A stretch of 64,000 bases of DNA from Polyangiales bacterium (lineage in GTDB: Bacteria; Myxococcota_A; Polyangia; Polyangiales; Ga0077539). The notes below the pieces were generated by a model, which was given only the letters and a program-made list of their open reading frames with translations, did no database searches and was not told the DNA's origin. The stretch lies in the NCBI GenBank assembly GCA_044229975.1, contig JBGARZ010000008.1:367408-431407 (forward strand). Direction: 5' to 3'. Positions within the stretch are counted from its first letter, which is position 1. Each line of letters opens with the position of its first letter. The translations under genes and the position numbers were made by a program. Below, in pieces: positions 17,697 through 25,871 of the stretch.

Positions 17697-18869
17697 GTGA
17701 GCGAGTGGCTGCACCCCGTCGAGCCGGGCTGGGAGGAGGTTCTCCAGCAGTGCGTCGGTCGACCCATCGCCCCGGAGGCGCTCGCGCTCATGGTCGCCCG
17801 CCAGTCGCGGCGCTACCTCGGCGAAGACGTTCCGCTCGCGCCCGCCGATGGTCTCGCTGCGCGCGCGCTGTTCTGGTTTCCGCGCGACGTGCTCAAGGTC
17901 GCTCGCGCCGTCGGAGAGCTCTCCTGGGCGGGCGCCCTCCCCGATCGACCGCTCCGCATCCTCGACCTCGGCGCGGGCCTCGGCGCCACCAGCCTCGGCG
18001 CCCTGCGCGCGCTCCCGCCCACGGCGCAGGTGTCGTCGATCACCGCGGCCGACCACGATCCGGCCGCCCTCAACCTCCTGCGACGCATCGCCGATCGCGC
18101 GGTGAAGGCCGGGCTCCTCCCGCCAACCACGCCCGCCGTCACGACCACCACCGTCGACCTGTCACAACCCCACTGGTCCGACGAGCTCGGCGTACATGAC
18201 CTGGTATTCGCGGGGCTGACGGCGGTGGAGTTCACACGCGACGCGGGCGGCGAAGCGGTACGAGGCGAGGCGGTCGCGCGCTTTCTGCGCGAGGCGATGA
18301 AGCTGGTGGCTGACGATGGTGCCCTGGTGGTGCTCGAACCGGGTTCGCGCGCGGAGAGCCGGGTGCTGCACGTCGCACGCTCCCTGATGCTCGAAGGCGG
18401 GGCGACGGTGTTCGCGCCGTGCCTGCACGCGAAGGGGTGCCCCATGCTTCGAACGTCTCGCGACTGGTGCCACGAAGACCTCGCGGATGTGTCGCTGCCG
18501 CCGTGGTTGGTTCCGGTCGCGAAGGCCGCGGGGCTGCGCTGGGAGGGGCTGACGTGGTCGTACCTGGTGCTGCGACGCGACGGGAAGACCCTGCGCGATG
18601 CGATGCCCGGTGGGACGCCCGTTCGGATGGTGTCGCAGCCCGAGGTGACCAAGGGCAAGACCGAGGCGTGGTGGTGCGGTCCGCTGACGGAGACGCGCGG
18701 CGACCTGCGCGTGGTGGAGCTCGACCGCGTGGCGAAGCACGCCACGGGGACGCGCCTGCGCGACGTCGCCCGGGGGACGCTGCTCACGTTGGATGAAGGG
18801 GGCGGAAGTGGTGAAGAGGGGAAGGCGCTGCGGCTCGACCCGGCGCGCTGGCGCCCGCGGTGGCCGTGA
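17697..18869 (+). CDS. Rsm22/METTL17-like SAM-dependent methyltransferase
   Basis: ILDLGAGLGA, LVVLEPGS, VFAPCLHAKGCP, DWCH, WSYLVL and KGK...WCG motifs. Confidence 0.8.
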   Translation: MSEWLHPVEPGWEEVLQQCVGRPIAPEALALMVARQSRRYLGEDVPLAPADGLAARALFWFPRDVLKVARAVGELSWAGALPDRPLRILDLGAGLGATSLGALRALPPTAQVSSITAADHDPAALNLLRRIADRAVKAGLLPPTTPAVTTTTVDLSQPHWSDELGVHDLVFAGLTAVEFTRDAGGEAVRGEAVARFLREAMKLVADDGALVVLEPGSRAESRVLHVARSLMLEGGATVFAPCLHAKGCPMLRTSRDWCHEDLADVSLPPWLVPVAKAAGLRWEGLTWSYLVLRRDGKTLRDAMPGGTPVRMVSQPEVTKGKTEAWWCGPLTETRGDLRVVELDRVAKHATGTRLRDVARGTLLTLDEGGGSGEEGKALRLDPARWRPRWP

Positions 18870-18872
18870 GTC

Positions 18873-19505
18873 TCAGATGCTGAACGGCAGGACGAACTCC
18901 TGGCGGTCGTACGTGAACGTGAAGCTGTACGCGCCGACGATGTGGCCGCCGACGGCGATGGAGAGGGTGACCGGGGTCGCGGCGGTGCGGCACATGTCGT
19001 ACGCGACGAGCCGGATGCGGTAGGTGCCCGACGGGGGCTGCGAGCTCCAGTAGACGTTTTCGACGGTGGGGGGCGCGACGCTGCAAGCGGCGTTGGCGTC
19101 GCGGTCGAGCACGCCGCCCGACGAGCTGTTGCGGTGGGCGTAGTAGATCTCCTCGTTCATCGGGTCGAGGACGTGGAGGTCGATGTCGGAGGAGGAGTTC
19201 CACGCGGCGGTGATCTGGATGTTGCCGGTCTGGTAGCCGCAGCCCTCGTCGATGACGCCGTTGCAGTTGTCGTCGAGGCCGTTGCACTGCTCAGCCGAGC
19301 CCTGCACGCACTGCTGCTGGATGACCGTCACGCCCGTGGGGACAGTCACGTTGGCGTTGAGGTTGGTGCTGGCCGTGACGGTGGGCGCCGGCACGTTGAT
19401 GGTCGACTGAATCCCGAGGCCCCCCTGGCCGCGGACGACACAGCCCGAGAGCACCCACGCGCCCAGCGCGACGGCGACACACGACGAGAGAACCCGGTAC
19501 TTCAT
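18873..19505 (-). CDS. Lipoprotein with CNGLDDNCNG metal-binding-like motif and YfaP-like domain
   Basis: Lipobox LSGC, EQCNGLDDNCNGVIDEGC, and W...DIDLHVLDP...LDRD...ENVYW...GTY motifs. Confidence 0.78.
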   Translation of the reverse strand: MKYRVLSSCVAVALGAWVLSGCVVRGQGGLGIQSTINVPAPTVTASTNLNANVTVPTGVTVIQQQCVQGSAEQCNGLDDNCNGVIDEGCGYQTGNIQITAAWNSSSDIDLHVLDPMNEEIYYAHRNSSSGGVLDRDANAACSVAPPTVENVYWSSQPPSGTYRIRLVAYDMCRTAATPVTLSIAVGGHIVGAYSFTFTYDRQEFVLPFSI

Positions 19506-19644
19506 GAATGGACTCCTGTGAGTTGGTGTGAGGGCCCGCGTGCGGGGCCTGACTGGGATTTGAGAGGTCGACCCGGTTTCTACACCAGAAGAATCCTCGG
19601 GTGAGAATCGCCGCGTCGCCGTCGGTGATACGTTGCCCACCGCC

Positions 19645-20466
19645 ATGGCTTTCACCCGTGAGATCGAGGTCGCGCTGGAGGCCGCCCGCACCGCCGCGCG
19701 GAGGATACACGCGCTGTACGTGAGCGGCGTCGAGGTCTCGTGGAAGGGCCACGACGACCCGGTGACCACCGCCGACCACGAGGCCAACGCCCTCATCGTC
19801 GCCACGCTGCGCGAGGCGTTTCCAAGCGACGGCCTGTGCGCGGAGGAGAGCGACGGGGCGGAGTCCCTCGCGGCGGCGTCGCGCGGCGAGCGCTGCTGGT
19901 TCGTCGATCCGCTCGACGGCACCAAGGACTTCGTCCAGCGCAACGGCGAGTTCTGCACGATGGTGGGCCTCGCGGTGGACGGCCGCGCCGCGCTCGGCGT
20001 CGTGGTGTCGCCCGTCAGCGGGGTCGCGCTGGTGGGCGTTCCGGGTGAGGGCGCGTGGTCCATCGACCCCGACGGGGAGCGCCGCGCGATGGTGGCGAAG
20101 GCGCCGGAGTCATGGGCGACGGCGAGGCTCATCGGGTCGCGCTCGCACCCCAATCCCCGCGTGACGACGCTGGCCCGCGCGCTCGGCATCACCTCACAGA
20201 TGGTGCGCGGGAGCGTCGGGCTGAAGGTCGCCGCGGTGGCCACTGGCGAGAGCGACCTCTACGTTCACCTGGGGCGTGGTCCGAAGCTCTGGGACGGCTG
20301 CGCGCCGGAGGCCATCGCGCGGGGCGCGGGGCTGCGGGTGAGCGACGCCCTCGGGCGGGACATCGACTACCACGCGACGCGCCTCGACCTCGACCAGGGC
20401 ATCGTGGTGGTGCACCCCGACGTGCATCGCACGGTGATCGAGACGCTCGCGTCGGTGCCGGATTGA
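19645..20466 (+). CDS. cysQ: 3'(2'),5'-bisphosphate nucleotidase / inositol monophosphatase family
   Basis: DPVTTAD, AEES, WFVDPLDGTKDF, SRSH, GSVGLK and WDGCAP motifs. Confidence 0.85.
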   Translation: MAFTREIEVALEAARTAARRIHALYVSGVEVSWKGHDDPVTTADHEANALIVATLREAFPSDGLCAEESDGAESLAAASRGERCWFVDPLDGTKDFVQRNGEFCTMVGLAVDGRAALGVVVSPVSGVALVGVPGEGAWSIDPDGERRAMVAKAPESWATARLIGSRSHPNPRVTTLARALGITSQMVRGSVGLKVAAVATGESDLYVHLGRGPKLWDGCAPEAIARGAGLRVSDALGRDIDYHATRLDLDQGIVVVHPDVHRTVIETLASVPD

Positions 20467-20477
20467 AGCGCGGTGGT

Positions 20478-20690
20478 ATGGTGCCCGGAGTGACACCGAG
20501 ACTCGACGAAACGCTGAGCTGCCACGCGTGCGACGCCCCCATCGAGGGTGAGCCCGCCGGGCATGGAATGATGCTGTGGGTGCGGGGCGACGAGGTGGTG
20601 CGCGAAGAGCTGCCGCTCTGCGAACGCTGCGCGCTGGCGGTGTCCATGACCGCGCTCGACCGCATCTTCATCGAGGAGGAGGAGGGTTGA
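20478..20690 (+). CDS. Small zinc-ribbon-like protein
   Basis: 70 aa with CHAC and CERC pairs and an acidic tail. Sits in an operon-like position. Confidence 0.65.
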   Translation: MVPGVTPRLDETLSCHACDAPIEGEPAGHGMMLWVRGDEVVREELPLCERCALAVSMTALDRIFIEEEEG

Positions 20691-21280
20691 CCGCCCTGTG
20701 GCCGGCGCGCTCGGCGATTCGCCCCATCGCCAGCTACGCGATGGTGTCGGCCGAGGCGGTCGACGCCGCGGAGTCCGACGTCTCCGACGACGGCGATCTG
20801 GAGGCCCAGGTGATGGGCGGGTTTGCGGCGCTGGAGTTCGCGCAGCCGGCGCTCGGCCGCTGGCTACGCGCGGTGGTCGAGCCGGTGCGCGACGAGACGG
20901 CGCAGGCGCTGGGGTACTTCCTCGCCATCGTGGTGTACGGGGCGTTCGTGTCGGCCTTCGGGCAGCGGGTGCGCCGGGTCGACGAGGCGACGCTGGCGAC
21001 GGTGCAGGCGACCTTCGAGTGGGACGAGGAGCTGCGTCGCGGCGACGCCGACGAGGTGCTGGAGAGCGACGACCTGGTGGCCATCGGGCAGCCGCACCTG
21101 ATGGCCTTCGTGCGCGAGCAGGTCGAGGCGGCGCTAGAGCCCGACGAGGACGGCGACCCGGCGGACGTCGATCTGGATGCGGTGGCGAGCGTGTACCGGG
21201 GCGTGCTGATGGAGATCCTCGCGCTGGGGCAGTCGCTCATGTCGCCGAAGGGCGAGCGCGCCAACGACCTGCTGGCGTAG
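20687..21280 (+). CDS. Acidic hypothetical protein whose 3' end is the direct-repeat site
   Basis: TTG overlaps the upstream TGA (alternative ATG 20741). Typical high-GC codon use. Ends ...ERANDLLA*. Confidence 0.75.
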   Translation: MTALWPARSAIRPIASYAMVSAEAVDAAESDVSDDGDLEAQVMGGFAALEFAQPALGRWLRAVVEPVRDETAQALGYFLAIVVYGAFVSAFGQRVRRVDEATLATVQATFEWDEELRRGDADEVLESDDLVAIGQPHLMAFVREQVEAALEPDEDGDPADVDLDAVASVYRGVLMEILALGQSLMSPKGERANDLLA

Positions 21281-23515
21281 CGCCCCACGGGTGATGGTGG
21301 TGCGCGTCTCGCGCGGGTTGGTGACCTCGGTTGCGCTTGCCACCGACACTCCGAAGTCGTCCGCCGCCGCCGCGCCTTCAAGGAGGCGGTCCGGTGCGCG
21401 CGCGGTGCCCGTCGCGGGTTGGATCCACGTCGCGCCTCCATGGAACACGCTCGCCGTGCCCGCGTAGTCGCGCCCGCCCGGGTCTGCGCTCCGTGCCCCA
21501 ACAATGAGGTCGGCGTAGCCGTCGCCGTTGACGTCGCCCGCGCCCGCGCCCGACCAGCCGAACGCATCGCCCGCCCTCGCGCCTTCAATGAGGCGGTCTG
21601 GGGTGCGTGCGATGCCTGCCGCGGGCTGGGTCCACGTCGCGCTCCCGTAGAATACGCTCGCCGTGCCTGCGGAGGTGCGCCCGCCTGGGTCGGCGAGATA
21701 AGCTCCGATGACGAGGTCAGCGTATCCGTCGCCGTTGACGTCCCCCGCACTCGCGACCGAAGTGCCGAACTCGTCGCCCGCCACCGCGCCTTCGAGGAGA
21801 CGGTCCGGAGTGCGCGCGGTGCCCGCCGCGGGCTGGGTCCACGTTGCGCTCCCGTAGTAGACGCTCGCGGTACCCGCACCAACGCGCCCGCCCGGGTCGG
21901 CGCCCACTGCCCCGACGACGAGGTCGGCATACCCGTCGCCGTTGACGTCGCCCGCGCTCGCCATGGACAAGTTGAAGCTGTCATGCGGCGTTGCGCCTTC
22001 GAGCAGGCGGTCTGGGATGCACGCGGTGCCCGGCGCAGGTTGGGTCCATGTCGCGCTCCCGTAGTACACGCTCGCGGTACCCGCACTGGCGCGTCCACCC
22101 GGGTCGGCGCCCGCTGCCCCGACGACGAGGTCAGCGTACCCGTCGCCGTTGACGTCGCCCGCGCTCGCCACCGTCCCTCCGAAGTCGTCGTCCACCGACG
22201 CGCCTTCGAGGAGGCGGTCAGGGCTGCGCGCGGAGCCCGCGGCGGGTTGAGTCCACGTCGCGCTCCCGTAGAACACGCTCGCCGTACCCGCGCCACTGCG
22301 CCCACCCGGGTCTGCGCTCCGTGCCCCGACGACGAGGTCGGCGTAACCATCGCCATCGACATCGCCCACCCCGGCGACCGACCAACCGAACATGTCGCCC
22401 GACGCGACGCCTTCGAGAAGGCGATCTGGGGTACGCGCCGTGCCCGCCACAGGCCGGGTCCACGTTGCACTCCCGTAGAACACGGTCGCGGTCCCCGCAC
22501 CACTGCGCCCACCCGGGTCGGCGTCTGACGTGCCAACAACAAGATCGGCGTACCCGTCGCCGTTGATGTCCCCCGCACTCGCCACCGAGAAGCCGAACAC
22601 TCCACTTGCCTCCCCGCCTTCAAGGAGGCGGTCTGGAGTGCGCACGGTACCCGCGGCGGGTTGGGTCCACGTCGCGCTCCCGTAGAACACGCTCGCCGTG
22701 CCCACGCGACCACCAGGTCTCACTTCTCTCGCGCCGACGACGAGATCATCGAAGCCGTCGCCGTTGATGTCGAAGTGGGGATTGAAGCTGGTGTCGACCG
22801 CCGTGCTCGCGCTCATCGCGGGCACGTGGAAGATCCACGTCGGACTCATGCCGGAGCGCTCCACGGTCCCCACGCGCCCGCGCATCCGCCAGAACACCGT
22901 GCTCCGCGCGGGCAGATCGGCCGTGGGTCTCGCGCTCGTGCCGGTGACCCGCAGCGTCTCGATGACGCTCGTGCACGCGCGGTCGCGGCACAGCTCCACG
23001 ACGGCGCCGTCGATGCCCGCGGGGAGCGCCCACCGGAGGGTCGGTCGTCGCTGCGTCACGTCGCCCAACGAGATGGGAGCGAGAGCTCTCGGCGCGTCGT
23101 TCGCCACGCAGAGGGTGCCCACCGGGTGAGTTCCCGTGGCGCACGCGCAGGTCCCCATCACGCACGACCACCCCGCCTCGCACGCACGGTTGCAGGCGCC
23201 GCAGTGGTAGACGCTTGTCGCGGTGTCCACGCAGGTCGCCCCGCAGAGCGTCGTGCCGGCGTCGCAGGTCAACGCCGTGTCGATGACTGGCACGTCAACC
23301 GCGGGTGATGTGTCGACCACTGGCGCGTCCATCGGGGACGGTGTGTCGACGACGGGCGTATCCACCTCGGGGAGCACGTCGATCACGACGAGGTCGGACA
23401 CCGCCGCGTCGGCCGAAACGTGCGTGACGGTCCCACTGCACGCCCCAAGGGACGCGGTCGCCAACAGCGCGCCCGCTAGAGCCGCACGCCACCACGCCGT
23501 GTTTCGTTCGGTCAT
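21134..23515 (-). CDS. FG-GAP (integrin-alpha-like) 7-repeat beta-propeller lipoprotein
   Basis: Lipobox SLGAC, Cys-rich module, and seven ~69-aa repeats GD(V/I)NGDG(Y/F)ADL(V/I)VG...FG.SVA. The C-terminal tail runs antisense into the neighbouring gene. Confidence 0.9.
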   Translation of the reverse strand: MTERNTAWWRAALAGALLATASLGACSGTVTHVSADAAVSDLVVIDVLPEVDTPVVDTPSPMDAPVVDTSPAVDVPVIDTALTCDAGTTLCGATCVDTATSVYHCGACNRACEAGWSCVMGTCACATGTHPVGTLCVANDAPRALAPISLGDVTQRRPTLRWALPAGIDGAVVELCRDRACTSVIETLRVTGTSARPTADLPARSTVFWRMRGRVGTVERSGMSPTWIFHVPAMSASTAVDTSFNPHFDINGDGFDDLVVGAREVRPGGRVGTASVFYGSATWTQPAAGTVRTPDRLLEGGEASGVFGFSVASAGDINGDGYADLVVGTSDADPGGRSGAGTATVFYGSATWTRPVAGTARTPDRLLEGVASGDMFGWSVAGVGDVDGDGYADLVVGARSADPGGRSGAGTASVFYGSATWTQPAAGSARSPDRLLEGASVDDDFGGTVASAGDVNGDGYADLVVGAAGADPGGRASAGTASVYYGSATWTQPAPGTACIPDRLLEGATPHDSFNLSMASAGDVNGDGYADLVVGAVGADPGGRVGAGTASVYYGSATWTQPAAGTARTPDRLLEGAVAGDEFGTSVASAGDVNGDGYADLVIGAYLADPGGRTSAGTASVFYGSATWTQPAAGIARTPDRLIEGARAGDAFGWSGAGAGDVNGDGYADLIVGARSADPGGRDYAGTASVFHGGATWIQPATGTARAPDRLLEGAAAADDFGVSVASATEVTNPRETRTTITRGALRQQVVGALALRRHERLPQREDLHQHAPVHARHRIQIDVRRVAVLVGL

Positions 23516-23562
23516 CGCCGCTCTCCCTCACCATCGGCCCGGTAGCCCGATGCGTCCTCCTT

Positions 23563-23732
23563 GTACCGCGTCGCAAGAGTTCTGACGGGTTGGAGGCCGC
23601 AAGGGCGCGAGGGTCGCAAGGAACAGATGAAATGAGATGAGGTGTTGGTGAGTCGCTCTATTCGTTCCGCCCTTGCGACCCTGGGCGTCCTTGCGGCCTC
23701 TCCAACCCGTCAGAACTCTTGCGACGGGGTAC
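23563..23732. repeat. Long palindromic element, about 59-bp arms
   Basis: GTACCGCGTCGCAAGAGTTCTGACGGGTTGGAGGCCGCAAGG...CGCAAGG (23563-23621) is inverted at 23671-23732, around an AT-richer spacer. Confidence 0.88.
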
Positions 23733-23813
23733 GAGTGTGCACCACGTTGCGTCGCCGCCTCCGAGTCGGGCTCTACGGCGACCTTCGCTCCGAACTGCCC
23801 CGCACACTGGTCG

Positions 23814-24548
23814 CTACCCCATCGCCTTCGCGACCGCCTTCGCCATCCGCGCCGCCAGCGTGAGGTCGACCGCAACGACCACCCGCGCCCCGCGCGCCTT
23901 CGTCCCTGCCTTCAGCGTCACGGTCGTGCCCGCGAGCCTTGCGTCCCGCCCGATGGCCGCCTCGATCTTCTTCGCCGCGGCCTGCTCCTCTGGCGACACG
24001 GTGAGCCCTCGGCCGCGCCCGCCTCGCTTCGCCGCGTGGTGCCGACGAATCGCCGTCGCCGCCTCGCGGATCTCCTTCGTCGTCGCCTTGTCCACGTCGA
24101 GCCTTGCCCCATGGGGCAGCGTCAGCGTCGCCTTCCACACCTCTGCCGGGGTGTCGTCCTCCGGGGTCGCGTCGACCAGCGAGAGCAGCGCGACGGCGCG
24201 GTCTTGCCCGAGCGCCCGAGCGAGCTGCGGAGCAAGGCGGGTCGTCACCGCGATGAGCTGCCGCGCCTTGCCGACCGACATCCCCAGCGGGCCGACGCAG
24301 ACCGCTGCGAAGTCGTCGTAGCCCATCGCCTCGATCACCTGCGGATCGACGAGCGTGGCGAGCTCCTGGCCAATCTCCAGGAAGTCGTCCTCAATGCGTG
24401 CGCGCAGGTCACGCACCCGCTCGATGGCAGCCGTCCCCTGAGCCTTGAGGCGGGCGACCTTGGCCGTGCGAGCGGCCTCCGCGTTGGACCGCAGCGAGCG
24501 GGCGAGAACAACGGTGGGCGCGGCAGGCTTCTTCTTCGCGGTGGCCAT
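23814..24548 (-). CDS. Basic hypothetical protein with DUF3102-like putative DNA-binding domain
   Basis: FLEIGQEL...MGYDDFAAVC..LGMS..KARQLI pattern. K/R-rich termini. Confidence 0.65.
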   Translation of the reverse strand: MATAKKKPAAPTVVLARSLRSNAEAARTAKVARLKAQGTAAIERVRDLRARIEDDFLEIGQELATLVDPQVIEAMGYDDFAAVCVGPLGMSVGKARQLIAVTTRLAPQLARALGQDRAVALLSLVDATPEDDTPAEVWKATLTLPHGARLDVDKATTKEIREAATAIRRHHAAKRGGRGRGLTVSPEEQAAAKKIEAAIGRDARLAGTTVTLKAGTKARGARVVVAVDLTLAARMAKAVAKAMG

Positions 24549-24725
24549 CTCCCGACGGTACCGCGGCCGAGGGTCACGCCAACATGTCCATGTCTGCGCG
24601 CCAACATGAACATGTATTCGCGCGCCAACGACCTGCTGGCGTAGCACCCGCCGCCCCGCGGAAATCGCGAGCGCTCCGTTTCCCCCGTGTGAGGCACGCG
24701 CGCTACCATCGCGACATCATTGCCG

Positions 24726-25871
24726 ATGCGAGCCGCGCATCCACTCATCGCCCTCGGCCTCGCCGCGCTGGGCTGCTCCGACGGGTCGACGCCCGTCTCG
24801 ACAGAGCTCGTCGTCCGCGAGGTCGTCTGGAACCCCGCCCAGGTCGACCTCGGCAGCGTCACCGCGCTGGCGGAGTTCGAGCACGGCGTCGTGGTCTTCG
24901 GCGACCAGGGGGCCGCTGTCCTCCTCGGCGGCGCGGTGGTCGGGCGCAGCACCGTCGCGCGCTCCTGGCGCTCGGCCGCGGAGATCCCCGCCGGGGACGG
25001 AACCTCCGCCCGCTGGGTGGTCGGCATCAACGGCGAGGGCCGCCTCTTGCGCCTCCGCGCGGGGTACGACTTCGACGACATCACCGAGCGCTACCGCCTC
25101 GGTGACGCACCCGTGCAAGCCGTCGTCTCCCTCGGAGCGACGGCCGCGGCCTTCACCTTCGCCGACGGCTTCGCCATCGCCGACGGGACGACCATCACCC
25201 GCTACGACGGCGCGTTTCCCAACCCGGCGGGCGGCGGAAAGCTCGCGTCCATCGCGTCGTCGCAGGCCGTGCGGGTGTTCGAGCCGACCACGGGGCGCAC
25301 CACGGAGTACCCCATCGCGGGCGTGACCTCCGTGGCCCTCGACGACCGCGGGCGCCTCGCCGTCCTCACCGCGTCGTCGCTCTACCTCGAAGACGCCAAC
25401 GGACGGTTGCAAGCGGTCTACGCGATGAGCGACGCGCTGCACGGCCTCGCGACCTCGGGGCGGCGCGTGTGGTTCGGCGTCGGCAGCGAGCTCGCGGTCT
25501 ACGACGGCACGGTGCGCCGCACACGAAACGCCAACCTCGCCAGCGACGCCCGCCTCGTGGGCTCGCCGACCGGCGATGTGTGGGTGTCTTCCAACGGGCG
25601 CCTCGCGCGCTACGCCGACTCGACCGGCGTCACCGACGACCAGATCGGGTGGGAGCGCGACGTGCGGCCGGTGTTCGTTCGCCGCTGCGCCGCGTGTCAC
25701 CTCCCGGGCGGCAGCGCCAACCTCGACCTGTCGCGCTACGCCCCCTGGAACGAGCGCCGCACCGCCGTCCGGAGACGTGTGATAGTCGATCGGACGATGC
25801 CCCCGGACATGTCCACGCCGCTGTCGGCCGAGGAGCACGCCGCCATCGCGGCCTGGGTGGGCAACCCATGA
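24726..25871 (+). CDS. Lipoprotein, beta-propeller-like with C-terminal c-type cytochrome domain
   Basis: Lipobox ALGC. WERDVRPVF.RRCAACH...TMPP...AIAAWV. Confidence 0.8.
   Translation: MRAAHPLIALGLAALGCSDGSTPVSTELVVREVVWNPAQVDLGSVTALAEFEHGVVVFGDQGAAVLLGGAVVGRSTVARSWRSAAEIPAGDGTSARWVVGINGEGRLLRLRAGYDFDDITERYRLGDAPVQAVVSLGATAAAFTFADGFAIADGTTITRYDGAFPNPAGGGKLASIASSQAVRVFEPTTGRTTEYPIAGVTSVALDDRGRLAVLTASSLYLEDANGRLQAVYAMSDALHGLATSGRRVWFGVGSELAVYDGTVRRTRNANLASDARLVGSPTGDVWVSSNGRLARYADSTGVTDDQIGWERDVRPVFVRRCAACHLPGGSANLDLSRYAPWNERRTAVRRRVIVDRTMPPDMSTPLSAEEHAAIAAWVGNP

Larger units (their letters stand above)
21256..24645. mobile_element. Putative inserted cassette bounded by 26-bp perfect direct repeats
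   Basis: GCGCGCCAACGACCTGCTGGCGTAGC at 21256-21281 and 24620-24645. No integrase inside. Confidence 0.7.
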
